A stretch of DNA of 40,508 nt. It comes from a virus. The stretch lies in the IMG/VR virus record IMGVR_UViG_3300029385_000008; one strand, given 5' to 3'. The translations under genes were made by a program, and so were the position numbers. Positions 8,296 through 15,715 of the stretch are shown here, piece after piece. Below the pieces are notes generated by a model that was not told the DNA's origin, made no database searches, and worked only from the letters and a program-made list of their open reading frames with translations. Each line of letters starts with the position of its first letter. Within the stretch, counting starts at the first letter, position 1.

Positions 8296-9150
8296 ATGAA
8301 AAGATCTATTTTTAAGACTATCGCATCACTTTCCGCTGCTGCCATGATGCTTTTGGCTGTAGGCTGCGGAAGCACATCTGATTCTTCATCAGTAGCAGGC
8401 ACAAACAGCACAGCCGCTGCAACAGGTGAGGATAACTCACTTCAGAAAGTTCTTGATTCAGGCAAGCTTGTGCTTGGTCTTGACCCAACATTCAAGCCAA
8501 TGGGCTACACAGACGAGAACGACAACATTGTAGGCTTTGATATCGACGTTGCAAAGGAAGTTTGCTCAAGACTTGGTGTAGAGCTTGAAACTTACTCTGT
8601 AAACTGGGATACAAAGGAGCAGGACCTTAATGCCGGCACAATAGATTGTATCTGGAACGGCCTTTCTGTCAGCGATGAGAGAAAGAAAGTAATGCTCATG
8701 AGCGAGCCTTACATGAAGAATGAAATGGTGTTCGTTGTAAACGGCTCAAGCGACGTTGCTTCACAGGCTGATCTTGCAGGCAAGAACATTGCCGTACAGA
8801 ACGGCTCAACAGCACAGGAAACACTTCTTGCATCTGACGTTGTAGCAAATGGTGCGACAACAACAGAGCTTGCAACAAATGTTGAAGCCCTCCAGCAGCT
8901 GGAGCTTAACATGGTAGACGCAGCGTTCCTTGACTCAGTAGTTGCAAACTACGAGATATCCACATCAGGCAAGGATTACAAGGTGCTTCCTGACGGCCTT
9001 GACCCAGAGGAGTACGCTATCGGCTTCAGACTTGGCGATCAGGCACTTTGCGACAAGATCGAGGAGATCCTTCACGAAATGAAGCAGGACGGCAAGCTCG
9101 CTGAGATATCAACAACTTGGTTCGGAAGCGACATCACGACCATAGAATAA
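8296..9150 (+). CDS. Amino-acid-type ABC transporter substrate-binding lipoprotein (orphan; no permease or ATPase nearby)
   Basis: Signal peptide with lipobox LAVGC. The mature part resembles family-3 SBPs (LVLGLDPTFKPMGY..., DCIWNGLS..). Start chosen at the ATG with AAAGGAAG RBS rather than track start 8269. Confidence 0.8.
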   Translation: MKRSIFKTIASLSAAAMMLLAVGCGSTSDSSSVAGTNSTAAATGEDNSLQKVLDSGKLVLGLDPTFKPMGYTDENDNIVGFDIDVAKEVCSRLGVELETYSVNWDTKEQDLNAGTIDCIWNGLSVSDERKKVMLMSEPYMKNEMVFVVNGSSDVASQADLAGKNIAVQNGSTAQETLLASDVVANGATTTELATNVEALQQLELNMVDAAFLDSVVANYEISTSGKDYKVLPDGLDPEEYAIGFRLGDQALCDKIEEILHEMKQDGKLAEISTTWFGSDITTIE

Positions 9151-9165
9151 TCACAAAAACATTCA

Positions 9166-9198
9166 ATCGGACAGTCTTCGGGCTGTCCGATTTTTTTT
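9166..9198 (+). terminator. Rho-independent terminator after the SBP gene
   Basis: atcggacag/ctgtccgat stem followed by T8. Confidence 0.85.
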
Positions 9199-9228
9199 GC
9201 TTGATTAAGTTTTTCTGCGTGTCATATC

Positions 9229-9274
9229 TTTAGAAAATAAAAAGTCTCGCAAACAACGTGTTTACGAGACTTTT
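9229..9274 (-). terminator. Long hairpin terminator directly after the tRNA-Ser 3' fragment (minus-strand sense)
   Basis: 16-bp stem aaaagtctcgcaaaca/tgtttacgagactttt (one mismatch). On the minus strand it is followed by TTTTTATTTTCT. Confidence 0.7.
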
Positions 9275-9292
9275 TGGCGGAGAAGGAGGGAT
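9275..9292 (-). other. Putative attP core: copy of a tRNA-Ser 3' end (ATCCCTCCTTCTCCGCCA)
   Basis: The minus strand reads atccctccttctccgcca. This is the T-arm 3' half plus acceptor 3' strand plus G discriminator plus CCA of GGAGAAG-type tRNA-Ser genes. No upstream tRNA body is present. It lies 150 nt from the integrase stop. Confidence 0.65.
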
Positions 9293-9442
9293 AAATTATA
9301 CCACTTCACACCGCTTTTTACTGCTTTATAAAACTACTCGCAAACCACGCTTTTACGTCATTTAAGCCGCCTTTCTTGTTTCATGTTTCGCAAGCATATA
9401 TTTACAATTCAGCTTTATCGTGTACAATTCGTGTACGCCAAA

Positions 9443-10594
9443 TCAGACGATCTCATTCAATATCTTCACCGCACGTTCTTCCTCTCGTGGGTAGAGGTGC
9501 GAGTAGGTGTTCCATGTCATTGATATGTTGGAGTGACCTAAACGCCGTGCTATCTCCTGAATGTTTATGCCCTCATTGGCGAGCAGGGAAGCGTGGCTGT
9601 GACGGAAGTCATGAATACGGATACGTTTGACACCTGCCAAGTCTGCAAACTTCTTGTTTGTCTTTTCAAGGGACGTGTCACGGATAGGACGCTCACCGCC
9701 GCAGATGTACATATCATCACTGAACTTTGGCACTGCTTTCTTACAGCGTTCGTAATGTTCTGACAGCACTGCTCTTAACGGCTCTGGTATCTGTATCGTC
9801 CGTATGCTTGGCTTGTTCTTTGGCGGCGTGATACGATCACCGCCTTTGAGCTTCTGAGCAATGCTCTTGGTGATGGATATGTAGCCGTCTTTTATATCCG
9901 TCCATTGCAGAGCGTATATCTCGCCTTTTCGCATACCCATGTAAAATGCTATGTTGAAAAATACATAGTAGTTCCATTCGTACATTGAGCCGCCGTCCTC
10001 TGCGGTCTGAGCATAATTCTTAGCTGCCGATATGTATTTCTTGAACTCGTCAGGCGTGTAGAAAAGCATTTCTTTCTTGGCTTCAAGGGGCGCTTTGAAG
10101 TTGCCTGCGGTGATAACAGGATTTTTCGGAATGTATTCCATTTTCACAGCATAGTTCATCATTGCACGAAATTCGCCATAAATGTTCTTTCGTGTGACGA
10201 TAGCCAATCCCTGTTCTGAAAGCTCCTGTTTCCATTTCTGCACCATTGGTACGTTCAGATTATCTATCCTCACGCTTTCAAAGGTGGGCAGGACGTTCTT
10301 TTTCAGTATTCTTAGGGACTTGTCCAGTGATGTTTCACGGACCTCTGAACGCTTGGCTGTGATGTACTCCGTGAATAGCTGTCCGATAGTCATTTTTGAA
10401 GCTATCTCTTTAGCATTGAGCTTTTGTGTAAGCTGGATTTCAAGCTGCTTAGCCGTCTCTGCACCGAACGCCACACGGTCTATCTGATGAGGCTTTCCGA
10501 AACTGTCCGTATAATTGACACGCACACGATATTTTTGCAGACCGTCTTTTCTGATGTTCTTTCCGTTCTTGTCTGTCATTTTGTAGATCGGCAT
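9443..10594 (-). CDS. int: Tyrosine recombinase / phage integrase (383 aa from the ATG with AGGAGG RBS; track start 10618 is a GTG)
   Basis: C-terminal catalytic signature RIHDFRHSHASLL...LGHSNISMTWNTYSHLY, and an N-terminal SAM-like/arm-binding region. Confidence 0.9.
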   Translation of the reverse strand: MPIYKMTDKNGKNIRKDGLQKYRVRVNYTDSFGKPHQIDRVAFGAETAKQLEIQLTQKLNAKEIASKMTIGQLFTEYITAKRSEVRETSLDKSLRILKKNVLPTFESVRIDNLNVPMVQKWKQELSEQGLAIVTRKNIYGEFRAMMNYAVKMEYIPKNPVITAGNFKAPLEAKKEMLFYTPDEFKKYISAAKNYAQTAEDGGSMYEWNYYVFFNIAFYMGMRKGEIYALQWTDIKDGYISITKSIAQKLKGGDRITPPKNKPSIRTIQIPEPLRAVLSEHYERCKKAVPKFSDDMYICGGERPIRDTSLEKTNKKFADLAGVKRIRIHDFRHSHASLLANEGINIQEIARRLGHSNISMTWNTYSHLYPREEERAVKILNEIV

Positions 10595-10645
10595 AAATAT
10601 TCCTCCTATTCTTGACACTTCCTCGAAAGTGTGCTACAATAAAAG

Positions 10646-10759
10646 GGCAGAATTCGCCCTTTCTTAATGGGTTAGTGTGAATTTGAATCGAGCTGATATT
10701 GGTAGTATCTGCTCTGCTCGCCTCTGAGTGTTGGTAGCACTTGGGGGCGAGATTTTTTT
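10646..10759 (+). ncRNA. Candidate ~115-nt small RNA divergent from int
   Basis: Promoter TTGACA (10612-10617), 17 nt, TGcTACAAT (10632-10640). Terminator ctcgcc...ggcgag plus T7 (10717-10759). No credible ORF or RBS inside. Confidence 0.45.
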
Positions 10760-10825
10760 ATGCAATATGCTGAATTTGTGCCAGTGCATATTGACAAATA
10801 GATGTGCATATGATATCATATAAGT

Positions 10826-10919
10826 AAGTTAACTCGTGAAGGATTAAGGCTGGGTTCCCGAATGGGAGTAGGCATTCGTGCTTAGAATTCCTTTGCCCCT
10901 GGGGTTGACTTATTTTTTT
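10826..10919 (+). ncRNA. Candidate antisense transcript overlapping the 3' end of the HEPN-like gene
   Basis: Promoter TTGACA (10791-10796), 17 nt, TGaTATCAT (10811-10819). A weak hairpin cccc-t-gggg is followed by T7 at 10913-10919. The transcript overlaps 10882-10919 of the minus-strand CDS. Confidence 0.3.
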
Positions 10920-11874
10920 GTAATCTCTCTTTTAGATTCTGAATTATATGTTCAGGGTCTTTTTTTATTTCGTCTACAATAAAGTCTATTGTTTGTAATG
11001 AGTAACTGTATTGAGGCTGTGAAAACATTCTTGAAACAAAACAGAGTTTATCATTTCCTTTAATTTCATAATGCTTGCAAAATAAATTAAAATGATACAT
11101 ATTAAATTTCATAGTTATATTTGCTTTTTCAAGTTTCTTATTGATTTCTGAACAGCACTTCTTAGCGGTAAATTTATATGTATCATTAGGATTTTGCATT
11201 TGTTTTACGATTTTTATTTCTTTATCTGCACTATTATCAATCCTAACAACCGCAGAGGCTTCGTCTTTCTTCTTTGTTATGTAATAATGATGATTTACTC
11301 TTATAGCAAAATGACTGTTATTTTCGTCAATAATAGGTGTTAATTCCTCATTTGTACCTATTAGTCTTTCTGCAATTTCAGGAGGATATTTTGCCCTTAT
11401 TTCGTCATTGTCTATGGTATTGTAGCTTACAGTAAGTGTGAGGAAATTTTGTGGAATAATTTCAGTCATATCAATATTATGAAAAGCCTGCATTTTTTCA
11501 ATAAAATTAAAAACCGTTGCCTGAAAAAGAGGAATGTATACCATTTCATATTCTTCGGTTATGAAATGAGTACTCATATTTCTCAATTCAATAATTTTCT
11601 CAAGATTTCTTCTTAATGGGTCTTTATCATTGGTAAATATTTTCTTTACGCAAAGTTCCAAAGTAATAGTTCGGTTTGGGTTATCTTTGTAGTATACGCT
11701 CTCATTTCCGAACGTATTAATCATATGAGCTTTTAACATAAGTTCCCAGGCATTGCATATAAAAAAGCTAAATCCTTCTACTCTATATTTAATTGAAGGT
11801 TTATTATATACTTCTATTGCCATAATAAAGGCTTCTTTTGACTTATCAGTTAATTTATCTACTAAAATATTCAA
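10882..11874 (-). CDS. HEPN-motif, DUF3644-like Abi-type protein (330 aa, TTG start)
   Basis: The N-terminus AIEVYNKP...NAWELMLKAH resembles DUF3644 (from memory). IIELRNMSTHF contains an Rx4H HEPN-type motif (R98-H103). RBS AGGAAGTG. The gene is markedly AT-rich. Confidence 0.7.
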   Translation of the reverse strand: MNILVDKLTDKSKEAFIMAIEVYNKPSIKYRVEGFSFFICNAWELMLKAHMINTFGNESVYYKDNPNRTITLELCVKKIFTNDKDPLRRNLEKIIELRNMSTHFITEEYEMVYIPLFQATVFNFIEKMQAFHNIDMTEIIPQNFLTLTVSYNTIDNDEIRAKYPPEIAERLIGTNEELTPIIDENNSHFAIRVNHHYYITKKKDEASAVVRIDNSADKEIKIVKQMQNPNDTYKFTAKKCCSEINKKLEKANITMKFNMYHFNLFCKHYEIKGNDKLCFVSRMFSQPQYSYSLQTIDFIVDEIKKDPEHIIQNLKERLQKNKSTPGAKEF

Positions 11875-11924
11875 ATGAACACTTCCTTTTTCCCTGTCAG
11901 TATTTACAATACTAGCAGGGGATT

Positions 11925-12317
11925 TTATTTTAACACTCTGCCCTGAGCGTCAGTGAAATTTCCCTGAAACAAATTTATCATATCAACTATTGCTCCAATA
12001 AAGAAACCTCCGAAAGTAAAGAAGTACAGCAAACCTGTGCCAGCTTTGCCTACATAAAATCTGTTCAAACCGCCCAAGCCTAAAAAGGTCAGCAGGCAAA
12101 GTATTTCAGCTGTGCTTTTGCTCTTAGGGCTTATCTGCTCAACAGGAGCTTGCGGTGCGACCTGCTGGACGTTTGTAACGTATGTGATGTGCTGAACGAT
12201 ATTGCTGTTATGCTCAACGTGGTTATCAATTTTCTGTGGCTGCGGAAGTTCGTGACCACAATATTCACATACTGCTACGCCTGGTGCGTTTTCGCCTTTA
12301 CAATTTGGACAAGTCAT
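11925..12317 (-). CDS. Zinc-ribbon plus TM2-domain membrane protein (130 aa)
   Basis: N-terminal CPNC...CEYCGH zinc ribbon. The C-terminal LCLLTFLGLGGLNRFYVGKAGTGLLYFFTFGGFFIGAIVD is typical of the TM2 domain. RBS GGGAGGAAAAAA. Confidence 0.8.
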   Translation of the reverse strand: MTCPNCKGENAPGVAVCEYCGHELPQPQKIDNHVEHNSNIVQHITYVTNVQQVAPQAPVEQISPKSKSTAEILCLLTFLGLGGLNRFYVGKAGTGLLYFFTFGGFFIGAIVDMINLFQGNFTDAQGRVLK

Positions 12318-12400
12318 ATTTTTTCCTCCCTATAAATCGACATTTGTAAACAATTTATGAAATCATTTACATTGTCTTAAATTGGTGATATAATGTATTT

Positions 12401-12470
12401 GTAATCATGCAGGAGAAAACTCTGTGTGCTATCCCTGTCAGTATTTGCGGTGCTGACAGGGACTTTTTAT
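12401..12470 (+). ncRNA. Candidate ~70-nt small transcript between the ImmA-like and TM2 genes
   Basis: Promoter TTTACA (12366-12371), 17 nt, TGaTATAAT (12386-12394). 9-bp hairpin ccctgtcag/ctgacaggg (12433-12461) followed by acttttt. Confidence 0.35.
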
Positions 12471-12880
12471 ATCACCCTGTTATAATATCCATACAATTCA
12501 CAGACCTTGACCATAAAATCTTCGGTCACACCGAAAAACTCGGCAAGTTCCCATATTTCAAGGATACCATTTTCAAATGCTTCTATCAGCTCGTCCTCTG
12601 TGACGAGCTTTTTTATTGCCCATTTATCTGCACGAAACTCCATTCGAGAACGAAGCTCCAGCGTTCTTTCATTATAAAATGCACCTGTTTCACAATGTCC
12701 CAGCTCGTGAGCCATTATGACAGTTTCTTCTGCTCTCGTGGTGATCTTCTTAGAGTCTACCACAATCGCACATTGTCCCCTATCACTAATGGATATGGAC
12801 TTCTGCTCATTTCTTAGCTTTCCGTCAATAACTATAATGTCTCTGCCCTCCGCAAAATTGCGCAGTTCAGCACTATCCAT
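12467..12880 (-). CDS. ImmA-like M78 metallopeptidase (anti-repressor protease), 137 aa
   Basis: HEXXH motif MAHELGHCETG. It lies immediately downstream of, and is co-oriented with, the XRE repressor gene. Confidence 0.8.
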   Translation of the reverse strand: MDSAELRNFAEGRDIIVIDGKLRNEQKSISISDRGQCAIVVDSKKITTRAEETVIMAHELGHCETGAFYNERTLELRSRMEFRADKWAIKKLVTEDELIEAFENGILEIWELAEFFGVTEDFMVKVCELYGYYNRVI

Positions 12881-12891
12881 ATGTACCGCCT

Positions 12892-13242
12892 CTATTCTTT
12901 ATTTTTCTTATCCTCTCTCATCTGCCGTGCTATCTGAGCGTAATGCTTTACGTCTGCAAGCACATCATCATCAACGTCTGCCGTCCCCCAGAGAGCGAAC
13001 TTGATGTTATCGTCCATATCCGAACTCTGTGACTCGGTCTTATTGCCTGTCATGAGATAGTCTGTTGAAACGTCAAAAAGTTTCGCTATCTTTGAAATCG
13101 CCTCAGAGGAAAGAGTTTTACTTCTACCTTGTTTCAAATCTGTGATAGATCCTCTACTTACCATTGCTTCTTTACACATTGCCGTTATTGAAATTTTATG
13201 TTCCTTGCACAGATTTTCAATTCTTATGTACAATTCTGACAT
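12892..13242 (-). CDS. XRE/CI-like lysogeny repressor (116 aa from the ATG with GAGGTG RBS; track start 13317 probably too long)
   Basis: HTH CKEHKISITAMCKEAMVSRGSITDLKQGRSK. It is divergent from the early rightward genes across an operator-rich region. Confidence 0.8.
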   Translation of the reverse strand: MSELYIRIENLCKEHKISITAMCKEAMVSRGSITDLKQGRSKTLSSEAISKIAKLFDVSTDYLMTGNKTESQSSDMDDNIKFALWGTADVDDDVLADVKHYAQIARQMREDKKNKE

Positions 13243-13276
13243 AGTTACACCTCGATTTTTGTGCAACCGTACAATC

Positions 13277-13409
13277 TTACGACATTCCGTAATAAAAATT
13301 AATTTAACTATTGACATTTACGGAGAAACGTAATATAATACAAACATAGACAGTACGGAAGAACGTAATAATTTATCTCACAAATACATTGTATTACATT
13401 TTTCCGTAA
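13277..13409. promoter_or_regulatory. Genetic switch: four 16-bp operators TTACG-N6-CGTAA plus a rightward consensus promoter
   Basis: Operators: ttacgacattccgtaa (13277-13292), ttacggagaaacgtaa (13318-13333), gtacggaagaacgtaa (13353-13368), ttacatttttccgtaa (13394-13409). Promoter: TTGACA (13311-13316), 17 nt, TATAAT (13334-13339), overlapping the second operator. Confidence 0.7.
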
Positions 13410-13453
13410 AAGTCAATACTATAATCAGTTGTAATTTTAAACATTGTGCAAAG

Positions 13454-13711
13454 GTGGTGTTAATTATTAGTGAACGTAAAAGACCACTGACAGAGTACGG
13501 CGTGGAAGTCAAGGTACGTCTTGTTAAGCTCAACAAGACACAGAAGTGGCTCATTGAGGAAGTCAAGAAGCTTCTTCCTGAAACTTATCTCGACACATCT
13601 AATCTGTATAAGATAATGACAGGCGAGATAAAGTCTACCAAGATAGAAACGGCTATCAATGAAGTCCTTGACATTAATTATACTCAGAACGCTGAAAATG
13701 TCAACAGCTAA
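13454..13711 (+). CDS. Cro-like early HTH regulator (about 85 aa; exact start uncertain)
   Basis: First rightward ORF after the switch. LTEYGVEVKVRLVKLNKTQKWLIEEVKK is HTH-like. AAAGGTGGTG overlaps the listed GTG start, so the true start may be a few codons downstream. Confidence 0.6.
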   Translation: MVLIISERKRPLTEYGVEVKVRLVKLNKTQKWLIEEVKKLLPETYLDTSNLYKIMTGEIKSTKIETAINEVLDINYTQNAENVNS

Positions 13712-13751
13712 CAGTCCGATTCAACGGACAGAAAATGAGGGGTGAGGAATT

Positions 13752-14162
13752 ATGTTTGATGAGTTTCGGCAAAACATCAAAACGATTGCGAAGTCAAGGC
13801 ACTTAACATATGCTCAGATTGCTGAAAAATCAGGGCTGAAAGCAAATACGATCAGAGCATTCATGTGCGGTGTAGATGACAGTAGACGTATTGCTGAAAA
13901 CATTGCAGATGTACTCGGTGTAGAGATCGTGTACAGCAACGGTAAGTATAAAATCAACAGTAATAAGACAGAAAAAGAAGGTGAACCAATGACAAACAAC
14001 ATTGAATTGAGGGGCTGCGACAGTGCAATGACAAGACAGGTCATTGTCACAAAAGCACTTAAAGGCTCAGGAAAAGAAAATGACCCATATCGAGAGGTCA
14101 CGCAGTATTGGTCTTTGACAGGCAAGCTGCTTTTTGAGCTGACAGACGATGACGGACAATAA
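13752..14162 (+). CDS. XRE-type HTH early protein (136 aa)
   Basis: HTH LTYAQIAEKSGLKANTIRAFMCG; RBS GAGGGGTGAGG. Confidence 0.65.
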   Translation: MFDEFRQNIKTIAKSRHLTYAQIAEKSGLKANTIRAFMCGVDDSRRIAENIADVLGVEIVYSNGKYKINSNKTEKEGEPMTNNIELRGCDSAMTRQVIVTKALKGSGKENDPYREVTQYWSLTGKLLFELTDDDGQ

Positions 14163-14205
14163 TACTACCCAACAGCCACAAAATATAAAACGAGGAGGAA
14201 TAAAA

Positions 14206-14484
14206 ATGAGGTCACCTGACATTGAAATGGCAGTGCGGCTGTACTATGAAAAGCCCGAAATAACCAATGCGGATATCAAGGAGCTGTTCAGCACAGGTGA
14301 AACGCAGACTATCAAGATCAAGAAAGCTGTTAAGGAAGAAATGGCAAAGCGTGGCGTGAAGTCATGGCTGCCACACTCGGTCAATACCGAGATAGCCTAC
14401 GAGGTGTGGGGCATTGATATCGACAACTTCGAGAAAAGGCTTAAAAAACTCCGCACGCTTTACGGAAAGGACGTGAGAAAATGA
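14206..14484 (+). CDS. Hypothetical early protein (92 aa)
   Basis: ATG preceded by GAGGAGG; track ORF 14149 trimmed to this start. Confidence 0.65.
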   Translation: MRSPDIEMAVRLYYEKPEITNADIKELFSTGETQTIKIKKAVKEEMAKRGVKSWLPHSVNTEIAYEVWGIDIDNFEKRLKKLRTLYGKDVRK

Positions 14485-14681
14485 TAGCCGTACTAGAGAT
14501 AATCAGATGTGCCGCAGCGGTAGCGCTCGTTGTGGTGCTTGCAATGTATGTAGCGTACAGGTGGTATGTAGGCGTAAAAGAAACTGCCTACGAGGAAGCA
14601 GAGGAGAGCATAAAGCGTGCGGTGAGAGAAGCAGGCAGACCCGTGGTCAAGGTCGAAGTTGAAATGAAAGGAAAGTGGTAA
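14481..14681 (+). CDS. Small membrane protein (66 aa)
   Basis: ATGA overlap with the upstream stop; one N-terminal TM segment. Confidence 0.55.
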   Translation: MIAVLEIIRCAAAVALVVVLAMYVAYRWYVGVKETAYEEAEESIKRAVREAGRPVVKVEVEMKGKW

Positions 14682-14682
14682 A

Positions 14683-14829
14683 ATGTTGTTCATAGTGGGT
14701 ATCATAGCGGCGGCTATAGTGGTGCTGTCGGCACTGTATGGCGTCGTAGCGTTGATGATAGAATACAGACACTGGGAAAAGGAATTTGAGGAGGACGAAG
14801 ACGATGATAGTGATGAGAGAGGTATTTAA
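14683..14829 (+). CDS. Unlisted 48-aa protein with one TM helix and an acidic tail
   Basis: MLFIVGIIAAAIVVLSALYGVVALMIEYRHWEKEFEEDEDDDSDERGI. It starts 2 nt after the upstream stop. Confidence 0.45.
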   Translation: MLFIVGIIAAAIVVLSALYGVVALMIEYRHWEKEFEEDEDDDSDERGI

Positions 14830-15124
14830 GAGGGACAAGCCCCTTGACAATGGCAGCGGGGCGGTAAGCCTTTGCGTGTTCCATTCAAATGTCAAGTCTG
14901 ACGAATGCGGTGCGCTGACAGTAACGCCAACGAAGGACTACTGCCGCAGATGTGCATTTTACAAGACCCGTGAGGATTTCGACAGAGGGCTTGGCGATGC
15001 CGCAAGGTCGCTCCGTGAGAAAGGGATTGAACCTGTGAAGAAGATGGACTATGACGGCAAGCAGTATATGAGCGTAAGACCTATTGAAAGGGAGGATAAA
15101 GATGATAACGAAAGAGGAGTTTGA
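14804..15124 (+). CDS. Hypothetical early protein, Cys-containing (106 aa)
   Basis: ATG 9 nt after GAGGAGG; track ORF 14786 trimmed. Confidence 0.6.
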   Translation: MIVMREVFKRDKPLDNGSGAVSLCVFHSNVKSDECGALTVTPTKDYCRRCAFYKTREDFDRGLGDAARSLREKGIEPVKKMDYDGKQYMSVRPIEREDKDDNERGV

Positions 15125-15473
15125 AAAGGCGGTAAACTACTGTACAAAATTTACTGTTAGTTGCAAAGGTTGTCCGCTTGATGGAAAAGATTTTGCGTGT
15201 GGTGCATATTTTGCAGAGTATATAAAAAACGAGCCTGCACTGTCTGCCAACAGCACAAGCTCAACGAAAAAAGAAAACACTTTTCAAATTGATGATAGTA
15301 CAAAATCGGATATATGTCAAGTGCTCACAAGTGCTATGTCAACCCTTTTAGCACTGCGTCAAGAAATGGAGCCACATGAGAAGAAGGCTTTTGACCTTGG
15401 CGAGACATACAAGGACATCTGCTGTGCTAGTGCGTGGATGAGTAGTGTGCGAAAAGGCGGTGACGGCAAATGA
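15102..15473 (+). CDS. Hypothetical early protein, Cys-rich N-terminus (123 aa)
   Basis: ATG after GGGAGG; track ORF 15084 trimmed. Confidence 0.6.
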   Translation: MITKEEFEKAVNYCTKFTVSCKGCPLDGKDFACGAYFAEYIKNEPALSANSTSSTKKENTFQIDDSTKSDICQVLTSAMSTLLALRQEMEPHEKKAFDLGETYKDICCASAWMSSVRKGGDGK

Positions 15474-15715
15474 AAGGCTTGCCGACACGTTGTATAGACC
15501 CTGTAATGAAGTGCTGTCAGGATTGTGCTTGGGGATATATTAAATATGGCGATGACGTGGAATGCTCTGCCGACATAGCAGGCTGTTGTTTTGAAAGTGG
15601 CTGTACACTCGGTTTTGATAAGGGCAGACCTGAGGACGAGCCGACAGATGAAGAACTGCAAAAGTTTGATGAATGGATGGAAAGCCAGTGGAAGGAGAAT
15701 GAAAAATGTCAGTAA
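15470..15715 (+). CDS. Hypothetical Cys-rich protein (81 aa)
   Basis: ATGA overlap with the upstream gene; 10 Cys residues. Confidence 0.6.
   Translation: MKGLPTRCIDPVMKCCQDCAWGYIKYGDDVECSADIAGCCFESGCTLGFDKGRPEDEPTDEELQKFDEWMESQWKENEKCQ

Noticed and set aside
8130-8315. 61-aa ORF, and the 8269 start upstream of the SBP gene.
   Set aside because: There is no RBS. The region contains the SBP promoter and leader, and the ATG at 8296 has an AAAGGAAG RBS and yields a canonical signal peptide with a lipobox.
12407-12817. 136-aa plus-strand ORF starting just after the 12366-12394 promoter.
   Set aside because: It is antisense to the ImmA-like gene, has no RBS and gives a Cys/Phe-rich translation. 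A strong hairpin with a T-run at 12433-12470 would stop the transcript after about 70 nt.
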